The position numbers and the translations under genes are program-made. The notes beneath the pieces were generated by a model. The model was given only the letters and a program-made list of their open reading frames with translations. It made no database searches and was not told the origin of the DNA. From an uncultured Actinomycetes bacterium (GTDB lineage Bacteria > Actinomycetota > Actinomycetes > S36-B12 > CAIYMF01), in assembly GCA_963843975.1 (NCBI GenBank), contig CAWJMG010000001.1, forward strand, positions 810,001 to 842,000: DNA of 32,000 bases, written 5' to 3'. Positions 18,516 through 26,489 of this stretch are shown piece after piece. Position 1 is the stretch's first letter; every line of letters begins with the position of its first letter.

Positions 18516-18722
18516 ATGAGCGAGACCGACACCGCACGGTGGGACGGCGAGGGCGGGCAGCCGCCCGTGCACTCCTACGCCTGGTTCCTCGTCGAGGTCG
18601 CGCACGCCGACCGCGACGAGCTCCGCGAGCTGTGGTCGCTGGCCGTGGCCAAGCTCGGCCACGACGAGGCCTCGCGCCTGTGGCAGGAAGCGCTGTCGGC
18701 GTCCGACGCCAGCGAGACCTAG
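18516..18722 (+). CDS. Small hypothetical protein (68 aa)
   Basis: The ATG at 18516 is preceded by GGGAGG 8 nt upstream. Sequence: MSETDTARWDGEGGQPPVHSYAWFLVEVAHADRDELRELWSLAVAKLG... Third-position GC is high. Confidence 0.5.
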   Translation: MSETDTARWDGEGGQPPVHSYAWFLVEVAHADRDELRELWSLAVAKLGHDEASRLWQEALSASDASET

Positions 18723-18729
18723 CCGCCCG

Positions 18730-20205
18730 TCAGTCGAGCGAGCCGGGGGCCGGCAGGACGGTCGTGCCCGTGGAGACGTCGCCCGCATCGCCAGGGGACG
18801 CGGCCGCATCCGGTACGTCGACGGCAGGGGCACCGGTCGGCGCGGCCCAGCGCAGCGAACGGTCCGCGGCGCGCGCGGCCGCAGCACGGTCGGCCTGCTC
18901 CTGCGCGATCCGGCGTACCTCGCCCGCGTCGCGGTGGTGCGCGGTGATCTTCACGGCGCCCGGAGTCGAGTCGACGTGCAGCGAGGCGAGGCCGAGCGAG
19001 CGCTGCCACGGGCCCTGGGTGACGCGCACCGACTGCGTGCGCGCGTGCGGCACGACCTCCCAGCGCTCCACGATCCGGCCGCCGCGCGCCACGAAGACCT
19101 CGTCGGTCCAGCCGACTGCCAGCTGGCGCCACTGGATCCACGCGCGCTTGCGCGAGCGCTCGGGCGCGGGGATCAGCGGGATCGACATGATGTCGACGCC
19201 GGGCAGCACGCGCCCGACGATCGCGAGCGCGACCGGCCATGGCGCGACCGGGAGCAGCACGTTCTCGGTGTACGACTGGTCGCCGCTTCCCTGCGAGCCG
19301 GACGCCGCACCCGCGATGTTCAGCCGCACGCGCACCCAGCCGCGCTTGCGCCACAGGACCGGCTGCACGAAGCCCACGGCCTGCACGCGGCCCGGCGGCA
19401 CGGTCTGACGGGTGCGCTGCAGCAGGCCGTGCCGCAGCCGCAGGCCGTCCGGCGACTCGGCCACCGTGAAGTCGTAGTAGCGCGAGAACTGCGTGAAGAC
19501 GCCGAAGATCGGCACGCCACCGATGACCACGAAGATCAGACCGGCGGGCCCGGCCGTGATCAGCGTGACCGTGACGAGGAAGACCGTGGCGAGCAGCAGT
19601 GCGAACGTCTCGAGCCGCAGCAGCAGCGACAGGACGAGGTCGCCCGGGGGCACCTTCGCGAGCAGCGTCTCGGGGGCCTCCTCGGCGTCGTGGCGTACGC
19701 CGGCCGAGCGCGCGATCACCTCGTTGCGCAGCGCGTTGGCCTCGGCGAGCGTGAGGAACTGCAGGTTCTGCCGCGAGTCGCCGGCGCCTGCGACCTCGAT
19801 GCGCACCTCGGCGAGACCGGCGAGCCGCGCGAGCAGCGGCTGCAGCACGTCCACCGACTGCAGGCGCGAGACCTGCAGGCGCCGCTCCTGCTTGGTGAGG
19901 ACGCCGGACTGCACGCGCAGGTCGCCGTCGTCGTCGAACCAGAACGACAGCCGCTGCCACTCGAGGTAGTTCCAGAAGACCGCGAGCGACGTGATCAGAA
20001 CGAGGACGCCGCCGCCGATCGCGATGGCCGATCCACCGACGCTCACCTCCATCTGCCCGGGCAGGGCGACGACGGCGACCAGCACGGCCGGCCACCAGCG
20101 CACCGCCTGGATCACCGGCGTCAGCGGATGCACGCGCCGACGGCCGTGCTGGTCGGGGCCGGTCGGCTTGAAGACCTCGAACGAGAGCGGGTCCTGCTCG
20201 CTCAC
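18730..20205 (-). CDS. YdbT-like membrane protein with repeated bacterial PH (bPH_2) domains
   Basis: 491 aa from the GTG at 20205. TM hairpins alternate with three repeats of the pattern 'R.....V....R.Q.V...Q....R..GL..L'. Its GTG overlaps the ydbS-like TGA (GTGA). Confidence 0.7.
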   Translation of the reverse strand: MSEQDPLSFEVFKPTGPDQHGRRRVHPLTPVIQAVRWWPAVLVAVVALPGQMEVSVGGSAIAIGGGVLVLITSLAVFWNYLEWQRLSFWFDDDGDLRVQSGVLTKQERRLQVSRLQSVDVLQPLLARLAGLAEVRIEVAGAGDSRQNLQFLTLAEANALRNEVIARSAGVRHDAEEAPETLLAKVPPGDLVLSLLLRLETFALLLATVFLVTVTLITAGPAGLIFVVIGGVPIFGVFTQFSRYYDFTVAESPDGLRLRHGLLQRTRQTVPPGRVQAVGFVQPVLWRKRGWVRVRLNIAGAASGSQGSGDQSYTENVLLPVAPWPVALAIVGRVLPGVDIMSIPLIPAPERSRKRAWIQWRQLAVGWTDEVFVARGGRIVERWEVVPHARTQSVRVTQGPWQRSLGLASLHVDSTPGAVKITAHHRDAGEVRRIAQEQADRAAAARAADRSLRWAAPTGAPAVDVPDAAASPGDAGDVSTGTTVLPAPGSLD

Positions 20206-20741
20206 AGCCCGGCCGACCTCTCCTCGCCGCGGCGGGCGAGCCGGTCGCGCAGGTCGGCCGCGATCTGCGGAGTCAGGCCAGGGATGCGCGCGTCGCTCGT
20301 GGCCGCAGCCGTGTGCAGCTGCACGGTGGTGATGCCGAGGGCGCGGTGCAGCGGGCCGGCCGTGACGTCTACCAGCTGCATCCGGCCGTAGGGCACGATC
20401 ACCAGGCGGCGGAAGAGGATCCCGCTCGTGACGAGCAGGTCGTCGGCTCGCTCGGCGTACCCCCACGAGGTCACGCGGCGCCCGATCACGATCCAGATCC
20501 ACACGAACGCGACCAGCGCGACCACCGCGATCACGAGCGGGATCACTCGAGGTACGTCGGGGATGAGGAACAGGCCGCCGCACACCAGCAGCACTCCGAG
20601 GCCGAACGAGATCGCGAGCTCGATGCGGTAGGCACGGGCGAGCACGGGCGACACCCGCACCCACTCGCCTCCCGGCGGTCGGAACACCTCGGCGACCGAG
20701 GTGGTGGCGGCGGCTGGCACGGCGTTCTCGGCGGCGTCCAC
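20202..20741 (-). CDS. YdbS-like PH-domain (bPH_2) membrane protein
   Basis: 179 aa. Two TM helices are followed by LLVTSGILFRRLVIVPYGRMQLVDVTAGPLHRALGITTVQLHTA. Confidence 0.7.
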   Translation of the reverse strand: MDAAENAVPAAATTSVAEVFRPPGGEWVRVSPVLARAYRIELAISFGLGVLLVCGGLFLIPDVPRVIPLVIAVVALVAFVWIWIVIGRRVTSWGYAERADDLLVTSGILFRRLVIVPYGRMQLVDVTAGPLHRALGITTVQLHTAAATSDARIPGLTPQIAADLRDRLARRGEERSAGL

Positions 20742-20747
20742 GATCCG

Positions 20748-20753
20748 ACCCTA
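20748..20753 (-). promoter_or_regulatory. -10 hexamer TAGGGT positioned for a leaderless ydbS-like transcript
   Basis: On the minus strand TAGGGT ends 6 nt before the GTG at 20741. No Shine-Dalgarno is present. Confidence 0.35.
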
Positions 20754-20789
20754 AACCCGCCTCCGGAAGGCGTCTGACACGATCGGCGC

Positions 20790-21965
20790 ATGACTGCGGT
20801 GCGGCACGAGGTGGTGCTGTCGGTGGGCTCGGGCCTCCCGGTGCCCGCCCGCGACGGCCTGCCCACGCGGGGCCTCGACCTCGGCGCCGCCCACCCGTCC
20901 AGCCACGGCGTGATCCAGCTGCGCATCGTCGCCGAGGGCGACCGCATCGTGGAGGCCGAGCCGCGCATCGGCTTCCTGCACCGCGGCGCGGAGAAGCTCT
21001 TCGAGGTGCGCGACTACCGCCAGGCGATGGTGCTCGCGAACCGGCACGACTGGCTGTCGGCGTTCGGCAACGAGCTCGGCATCGCCCTGGCGGTCGAGCG
21101 GATGCTCGGCATGGAGGTGCCGGAGCGGGCGGTCTGGCTGCGCACCCTGCTCGCCGAGCTGAACCGCGTCCTGGTGCACCTCGCCTTCCTCGGGTCGTTC
21201 CCCGCGGGCACGGGCATCGCGACACCCGCCCACCACCTCGCCGAGGAGCGCGAGGCCGTGCAGCAGGTGCTCGAGGAGGCCACCGGCGGCCGCATGCACC
21301 TCATGTTCAACCGCGTCGGCGGTCTGCGCGAGGACGTGCCGGCCTCGTGGACCGCGCACGTGCACGACGCGATCCCCGCCGTGCGCGCCGGGCTCGAGAA
21401 GGTCGCGGCGTTCCTCGCGACCGATGATGCACGCGCGGCCACTCGCGGCGTCGGAGTGCTCACGCCCGAGCAGGTGCTGGCGTACGGCGTCTCCGGCCCG
21501 ATGGCCCGCGCGGCGGGCGTCGACCTCGACCTCCGGCGCGACGACCCCTACCTGGCGTACGCGGACCTCCTCGCGAGCGGCACCCTCCGCGTCGTCACCC
21601 GCACCGAGGGCGACGCGCTCGCGCGCCTCGAGGTGATGCTCGGGCAGGCCGAGGTGTCGCTCGACGTCGTGGCCGCGTGCGCCGACCGGCTCGACGCGAT
21701 CGGCCCGGCACCGGTGAACCTCAAGCTGCCCAAGGTGCTGCGCGCACCCGAGGGCATGACCTACGTCTGGACCGAGAGCCCGCTCGGCACGAGCGGCTGG
21801 CTGCTCGTCTCGCGGGCGGAGAAGACGCCGTGGCGGCTCGGGCTGCGCAGCGCGTCGTTCAGCAACGTCGCGGTCCTCGGCGAGCTCCTGGTCGGCGAGC
21901 GGGTGGCCGACCTCGTGACGATCCTCGCGACCTGCCCGTACGTCGTCGGCGACGTCGACGCGTAG
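20790..21965 (+). CDS. Orphan NADH-quinone oxidoreductase subunit D (NuoD / 49-kDa / NDUFS2) paralog
   Basis: 391 aa. [65 protein letters not shown] and C-terminal YVVGDVDA track the NuoD family throughout. No other nuo gene is adjacent. Confidence 0.8.
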   Translation: MTAVRHEVVLSVGSGLPVPARDGLPTRGLDLGAAHPSSHGVIQLRIVAEGDRIVEAEPRIGFLHRGAEKLFEVRDYRQAMVLANRHDWLSAFGNELGIALAVERMLGMEVPERAVWLRTLLAELNRVLVHLAFLGSFPAGTGIATPAHHLAEEREAVQQVLEEATGGRMHLMFNRVGGLREDVPASWTAHVHDAIPAVRAGLEKVAAFLATDDARAATRGVGVLTPEQVLAYGVSGPMARAAGVDLDLRRDDPYLAYADLLASGTLRVVTRTEGDALARLEVMLGQAEVSLDVVAACADRLDAIGPAPVNLKLPKVLRAPEGMTYVWTESPLGTSGWLLVSRAEKTPWRLGLRSASFSNVAVLGELLVGERVADLVTILATCPYVVGDVDA

Positions 21966-21967
21966 CC

Positions 21968-21984
21968 GACGATCACCGATCGTC
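21968..21984 (+). terminator. Small hairpin just after the NuoD-like stop codon
   Basis: GACGATC-ACC-GATCGTC, a 7-bp stem, 2 nt after the TAG. It is weak and has no U-tract. Confidence 0.25.
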
Positions 21985-22089
21985 ACGGATGAGCGACATC
22001 CGGCGACGCAGAGTGAATACGCACACCCGATGGTGCGGAGATCGTGCGCAACCCGTGCATCTTCGGGCCTTCCGGGGGATCATCGGCCC

Positions 22090-22515
22090 GTGGACGCAGA
22101 CCCCTTCGGCGCGAGCCAGGACGTCGCGACGATCGCCGAGCTGGCCCGCCAGTTCGGTCATCACGCCGGCCGAGCCTGGTTCTCCGGCGCGCGCGCCGAC
22201 GAGGCCGCGGGCAACGTCACGGTCTACCGCGTCCCCAACCACGCCTTCGACGACGAGCTGCACCTGCTCCTCGGCACCGACGTCCCCGTGCTGCTGCGGG
22301 ACGCCCGCTTCACCCGCGACGAGCTGATCGTGGCGCGCGAGGAGGCCTGGGCCTTCGGCGACGACCTGCAGATCGACGCCATCACGATCCCGGACGACGG
22401 AAGCGGCATCAACGTGTTCGTGCACGTGCCCGTCGACGACGCGCAGTCCGTGCTCAACCGCACGCTCCCCGGCATCGCCCGCGCGCACGACGCGCGCCTC
22501 GGCGTCACCGTCTGA
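22090..22515 (+). CDS. Hypothetical protein (141 aa)
   Basis: Third-position GC is high from the GTG at 22090 onward and poor between 22030 and 22089, so I prefer 22090. GGGGGA lies ~12 nt upstream. I recognise no family and there is no signal peptide. Confidence 0.55.
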   Translation: MDADPFGASQDVATIAELARQFGHHAGRAWFSGARADEAAGNVTVYRVPNHAFDDELHLLLGTDVPVLLRDARFTRDELIVAREEAWAFGDDLQIDAITIPDDGSGINVFVHVPVDDAQSVLNRTLPGIARAHDARLGVTV

Positions 22516-22548
22516 CGCGACGCCGCACGCCGGCCGGCCAGTGGCCGA

Positions 22549-22920
22549 CTAGTGGAACGGATGCTCGCGGACCTCGTCCAGCGAGCGGATGCGCGCGGCC
22601 AGCGAGCGCATGACCTGCAGCGCGAACGTCGGCGTCTCATGCACGAGGAAGATGAACGTGCGCTCGTCGATGACGGCGACCAGCGAGGGCTCGGCCGCGA
22701 CGGCGGTCAGGCTGCGCGGCGCCTTGCTGATGATGGCCAGCTCGCCGAACGTGTCGCCGGGAACGAGCGTGGTGACGACGTCGTCGCCGTCGCGCAGCTC
22801 GATGCTGCCCCGCACGACGCCGAACATCTGAGCGCCGGTGTCGCCGGCGTTGAACACGACGTCACCCGCCTCGAGCTCGCGGGTCTCCTTCGCACTGGCG
22901 AACACGCCCTGCACCGTCAT
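22549..22920 (-). CDS. Stand-alone cyclic-nucleotide-binding (CAP/CRP effector) domain protein
   Basis: 123 aa with GDVVFNAGDTGAQMFGVVRGSIEL ... PGDTFGELAIISKAPRSLTAVA (phosphate-binding-cassette-like). There is no HTH or other output domain. GAGGAGG lies 8 nt upstream of the ATG. Confidence 0.75.
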   Translation of the reverse strand: MTVQGVFASAKETRELEAGDVVFNAGDTGAQMFGVVRGSIELRDGDDVVTTLVPGDTFGELAIISKAPRSLTAVAAEPSLVAVIDERTFIFLVHETPTFALQVMRSLAARIRSLDEVREHPFH

Positions 22921-23024
22921 GCCGTCGTCCTCCTCAGGATCCGGGGACACCGTATGACGGCGGGAGCGGCCGCGGGCCGGGATGCGAGGAGCGGGCGGTG
23001 AACGATCGGTGAACTCGCACGGCC

Positions 23025-23696
23025 TCAGCGGCCGAAGGCCTCGCGGATCACGCGGAGGCGGGTCGCCGTCTCGTCGTCCATGACGAGGTCGTCCGCCGCG
23101 AGGGTCGGGACGGGGGCTGCCGGGTACGCCGGCGGCGCGGGCACGGGTGCGCCCGGGGCCGCAGCTGCAGGCGGCGCCGGGTGGGCGTACTGCGGCGGTG
23201 CGACGGGAACGAAGCGGGCGAGGAGGTCGAGCAGGCGCACGGTCAGGTCGGCGAGCAGCGTCTGCTGGTGCGCGACGAGGCGGCGGAGCTCGGCCATCTC
23301 CTGCAGCAGCAGGTCCTCGCGGATCGACGACGCGGCGGGCGCGGGCTGCGGGACGGCGTCGGGATGAACGTAGGGCTGCGGGGACCACGCGGGCGGGGTG
23401 ACGGCCGACCAGCCGCCGGACGGGACCTCGACGACCACGGGCGGCACCGAGCGCGCGGCCTGCAGCTCCTGCCGCGTGACCTGGAGCTCGTCGCGGACGG
23501 CGACCAGCTCCTGCTGCAGCGTGGCGACCTGCACGGCCACCTGCTCGGTCAGAGCGGTGAGACGGATGGTCTCCATCTGGTCGTTCCAGCGGGCCGACCG
23601 GACGGCCGTGAGCTCGGCGAGGGTGCGCTCGTAGGCCGCCGCCACCTCGGCGCGGCCGGAGGGGCGGGCGTGCCGCGATCCCGGGCGCCTCACCAT
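23025..23696 (-). CDS. Hypothetical coiled-coil / proline-rich protein (223 aa)
   Basis: Third-position GC is high. There are two heptad-like segments (LTALTEQVAVQVATLQQELVAVRDELQVTRQELQAA; LLLQEMAELRRLVAHQQTLLADLTVRLLDLL) separated and followed by Pro/Ala-rich linkers. TACCCT lies 7 nt upstream of the ATG. Confidence 0.55.
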   Translation of the reverse strand: MVRRPGSRHARPSGRAEVAAAYERTLAELTAVRSARWNDQMETIRLTALTEQVAVQVATLQQELVAVRDELQVTRQELQAARSVPPVVVEVPSGGWSAVTPPAWSPQPYVHPDAVPQPAPAASSIREDLLLQEMAELRRLVAHQQTLLADLTVRLLDLLARFVPVAPPQYAHPAPPAAAAPGAPVPAPPAYPAAPVPTLAADDLVMDDETATRLRVIREAFGR

Positions 23697-23774
23697 GAAC
23701 GACAGGGTACGGCGAGGTGACGTGCGAGAGCGGGAGCCCGCGCCGGGGCTACCCGAGGTGGAGCCGTGGGACGG

Positions 23775-24212
23775 TCAGTCGTCGTCGGGCTTGTCGTCGT
23801 CGCCGCCGCCGGAGCCACCGGACCCGCCCTTGCCGCTGGTGGACCCGCCGCCGGAGCTTCCGGAGCCGCCCTTGTCGTCGCCCGGCTCGGTGGTCGAGCC
23901 GCCGCCCGTGCTGGGCACGGTCGAGGGCGACGAGGGCCGGCTCGGCCTGCTCGTCGTGGGGGTGGCCTTGTCGGTCGGCTCGGCGCTCTCGGTCGGCTCC
24001 GCGCTCTCGCTCGGGTCGTCCGACGCGGTGGCGCCGCCCTGGTCACCCACGGTGGGGGCCACGAACGGGTCGTCGGGGAGCAGGGTGTCGGCCGTGCCGA
24101 CGCTGGTGCGGCTCGGGCCGCCGAGGACCTGCGCGTTGAGCGCGGCCGCCGTACCGGCGGCGAGGAGCACGCCCGCGACGGACAGCGCCGTCACAGCGGT
24201 GATGCGTCGCAC
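23775..24212 (-). CDS. Small secreted or membrane-anchored, intrinsically disordered Ser/Gly/Asp-rich protein
   Basis: The GTG at 24212 has GAGGAGG 7 nt upstream. The N-terminus has a hydrophobic signal/anchor, VRRITAVTALSVAGVLLAAGTAAA. The rest is low complexity (ESAEPT repeats, GGSG runs, an acidic tail). Confidence 0.6.
   Translation of the reverse strand: MRRITAVTALSVAGVLLAAGTAAALNAQVLGGPSRTSVGTADTLLPDDPFVAPTVGDQGGATASDDPSESAEPTESAEPTDKATPTTSRPSRPSSPSTVPSTGGGSTTEPGDDKGGSGSSGGGSTSGKGGSGGSGGGDDDKPDDD
23971..24006. repeat. 18-bp tandem repeat (2 full copies, 17/18 identical) inside the disordered-protein gene
   Basis: TCGGTCGGCTCGGCGCTC / TCGGTCGGCTCCGCGCTC, encoding the ESAEPT-ESAEPT repeat on the minus strand. 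Confidence 0.8.
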
Positions 24213-24259
24213 GGTGGGGCCTCCTCGGTGGTCCTGACCCCTCCACGGTAGGCGACCGG

Positions 24260-24322
24260 CGTCCCACGGCGCTCCCCCGCTCGTCCAAGGGACGTCCAAG
24301 ATCCGGGGACGCTTCGTCCGAT
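24260..24322 (+). promoter_or_regulatory. Helically phased direct repeats (candidate OmpR-family response-regulator operator)
   Basis: CGTCC starts at 24260, 24282, 24293 and 24315, giving spacings of 22, 11 and 22 bp. The central pair are exact 8-mers, CGTCCAAG x2. The site lies between the divergent starts at 24212 (-) and 24372 (+). Confidence 0.45.
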
Positions 24323-24371
24323 GGACCGGTCGGAAGCGCTCGGAGCGCCGGTGACCTGCAACGATGGGCCC

Positions 24372-25070
24372 GTGCACATTCTGCTGGTGGAGGACGACGC
24401 GGCCCTGGCCGCATCCGCGGTCGACGGGCTCACGGCCCAGGGGTTCACGGTCGAGCATGTCGCGACGGGCCAGGCCGCCCTCTCGGCGGTCGCTGCAGGC
24501 GCCTCGGCGTTCGACGTCGTGCTCCTCGACCTCGGCCTTCCCGACATCGACGGCCAGGAGGTCTGCCGTCGGATGCGCTCGACGTCGGACGTCCCGATCA
24601 TCGTCGTGAGCGCCCGCGGCGACGAGGCGGACCGCGTGATCGCCCTCGAGCTCGGCGCGGACGACTACCTGACCAAGCCGTACGGCATGCGCGAGCTCGC
24701 TGCCCGCATCCGCGCCGTCATGCGCCGCGCAGCCACCCCGGCCACCAGCTCCACCCCGACTGCCGGGGCCGCAGCGGCCGGCACGCAGGAGCTCGGCCGC
24801 CTCGCGATCGACCGCCGCACGCAGCGCGTGCACGTCGACGGCGTCGAGGTGCAGCTCACGGCGAAGGAGTTCGACGTCCTCGCCTACCTGGCCGAGGACC
24901 CGGGCGCCGTCCGCCGCCGCACCGAGATCCTCGAGCACGTGTGGGACGGCCACTGGTACGGCGCCACGAAGACGGTCGACGCGCACGTCGCGGCGATCCG
25001 CAAGAAGCTCGGCGACCCCGCCTGGGTGGAGGCCGTGCGCGGCGTCGGGTTCCGGCTCGGCTCCCCGTGA
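24372..25070 (+). CDS. OmpR/PhoB-family response regulator
   Basis: Receiver domain (VHILLVEDD ... VVLLDLGLPDIDG ... SARGDE...LELGADDYLTKP) plus a winged-helix domain (LTAKEFDVLAYLAE...VRGVGFRL). Alternative in-frame starts are at 24351 and 24321. Confidence 0.88.
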   Translation: MHILLVEDDAALAASAVDGLTAQGFTVEHVATGQAALSAVAAGASAFDVVLLDLGLPDIDGQEVCRRMRSTSDVPIIVVSARGDEADRVIALELGADDYLTKPYGMRELAARIRAVMRRAATPATSSTPTAGAAAAGTQELGRLAIDRRTQRVHVDGVEVQLTAKEFDVLAYLAEDPGAVRRRTEILEHVWDGHWYGATKTVDAHVAAIRKKLGDPAWVEAVRGVGFRLGSP

Positions 25071-25092
25071 CGCGCGGCGCGGCGGCAGCCGA

Positions 25093-26469
25093 ATGAGGTG
25101 GCGACTCATCGCGGTGCTCGTGGGCTTCACCGCGATCGTCCTGCTCGTGCAGAACGTGCCGCTCGCCCAGTACCTCCGCACGGTCGAGTACGACCGCATC
25201 GTCACCGGCCTGCAGCGCGACGCCTTCGCGATCGCCGGCCTCGCGGTCGAGAGGCTGGAGTCCGAAAAGGGCGCCATCACCGACGCCGAGCTCGACGCCG
25301 TCGTCGAGGAGTACGCCAAGAGCACGGGTGCTGTCGTCGTCATCGTGGACAGCACGGGCGTGGCGATCGCCGCCTCGGACGACAGCGTGGGCGAGTCCTA
25401 CGCCAATCGTCCGGAGATCCAGGCGGCGATCGACGAGGGCCGCGCGGTCTCCGGTCAGCGCGAGTCGCAGACGCTCGGCGAGCCACTTCTGTTCGTCGCG
25501 GTTCCCGTGCGGGCCAGCACCACGACCAACCTCGGCGCGGTGCGCCTCAGCTATCCGGTGAGCGCGATCGACGAGGTGGTCAACGGCCGCGTCCGCGGTC
25601 TCTTCGTCGCTGCAGCGATCACGCTCCTCGCCGCTGCCATCATCGCCGCACTCGTGGCGGCCGCGGTCACCCGCCGCATCCGTCGCCTGCGCGACGCCGC
25701 CGAGGACATCGCCGAGGGCGACCTCACCGCCCGCGCCGACGTGACCGGCAGCGACGAGATCGCCGAGCTCGCGGACTCGTTCAACACGATGGCCGACCGC
25801 GTGCAGCACGTCGTCGAGTCGCAGAAGGGCTTCGCGGGCGACGCGTCGCACCAGCTGCGCACACCGCTCGCCACGCTGCGGCTGCGCCTCGACCGCACCG
25901 CCGAGCTGCTGGAGGAGGACGACCCGGCGGCGGAGCAGGTGGACGCCGCTCGCGACGAGATCGACCGCCTCGGCCGGCTGGTCGACGGCCTCCTCATGCT
26001 GGCCCGCGCCGACGGGCGCGAGCAGGAGACCGTGCCCGTCGACATCTCGGCCGTCGCGCGCGACCGCGTGGAGTCATGGGTGCCGCTCGCCGCAGAGCGC
26101 GACGTCACCATCGTGCTCGACTCCCCCGGCATGGCCGTCGCGCACGCGGTTCCCAGCGCGGTCGAGCAGATCGTCGACAACTACGTCGACAACGCGCTCG
26201 ACGTCGTGCCGGACGGCAGCCGGATCGTCGTGACCGTGCGCAGCAGCCCGGACGGCGTCACGTTGCTCGTCGACGACGAGGGGCCGGGCCTGTCGCAGGA
26301 GGACCGCGAGCGCGCGTTCGACCGCTTCTGGCGCGGCCGTCAGGACGGCGGCGGCAGCGGCCTCGGCCTCGCCGTGGTCGCCTCGCTCGCGGCGGCAGGC
26401 GGCGGCAGCGTCTGGCTCGCGGAGTCGCCCGCCGGCGGCCTCCGAGCCTGCGCGAAGTTCAGGATCTAG
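25093..26469 (+). CDS. Sensor histidine kinase (TM - extracytoplasmic domain - TM - HAMP - HisKA - HATPase_c)
   Basis: 458 aa. H-box ASHQLRTPLATLRL, N-box IVDNYVDNAL, DDEGPGL, GSGLGLAVV. Two TM segments flank a ~150-aa sensor domain. Confidence 0.88.
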   Translation: MRWRLIAVLVGFTAIVLLVQNVPLAQYLRTVEYDRIVTGLQRDAFAIAGLAVERLESEKGAITDAELDAVVEEYAKSTGAVVVIVDSTGVAIAASDDSVGESYANRPEIQAAIDEGRAVSGQRESQTLGEPLLFVAVPVRASTTTNLGAVRLSYPVSAIDEVVNGRVRGLFVAAAITLLAAAIIAALVAAAVTRRIRRLRDAAEDIAEGDLTARADVTGSDEIAELADSFNTMADRVQHVVESQKGFAGDASHQLRTPLATLRLRLDRTAELLEEDDPAAEQVDAARDEIDRLGRLVDGLLMLARADGREQETVPVDISAVARDRVESWVPLAAERDVTIVLDSPGMAVAHAVPSAVEQIVDNYVDNALDVVPDGSRIVVTVRSSPDGVTLLVDDEGPGLSQEDRERAFDRFWRGRQDGGGSGLGLAVVASLAAAGGGSVWLAESPAGGLRACAKFRI

Positions 26470-26489
26470 CGCCCACCGTGACCCTGGTG

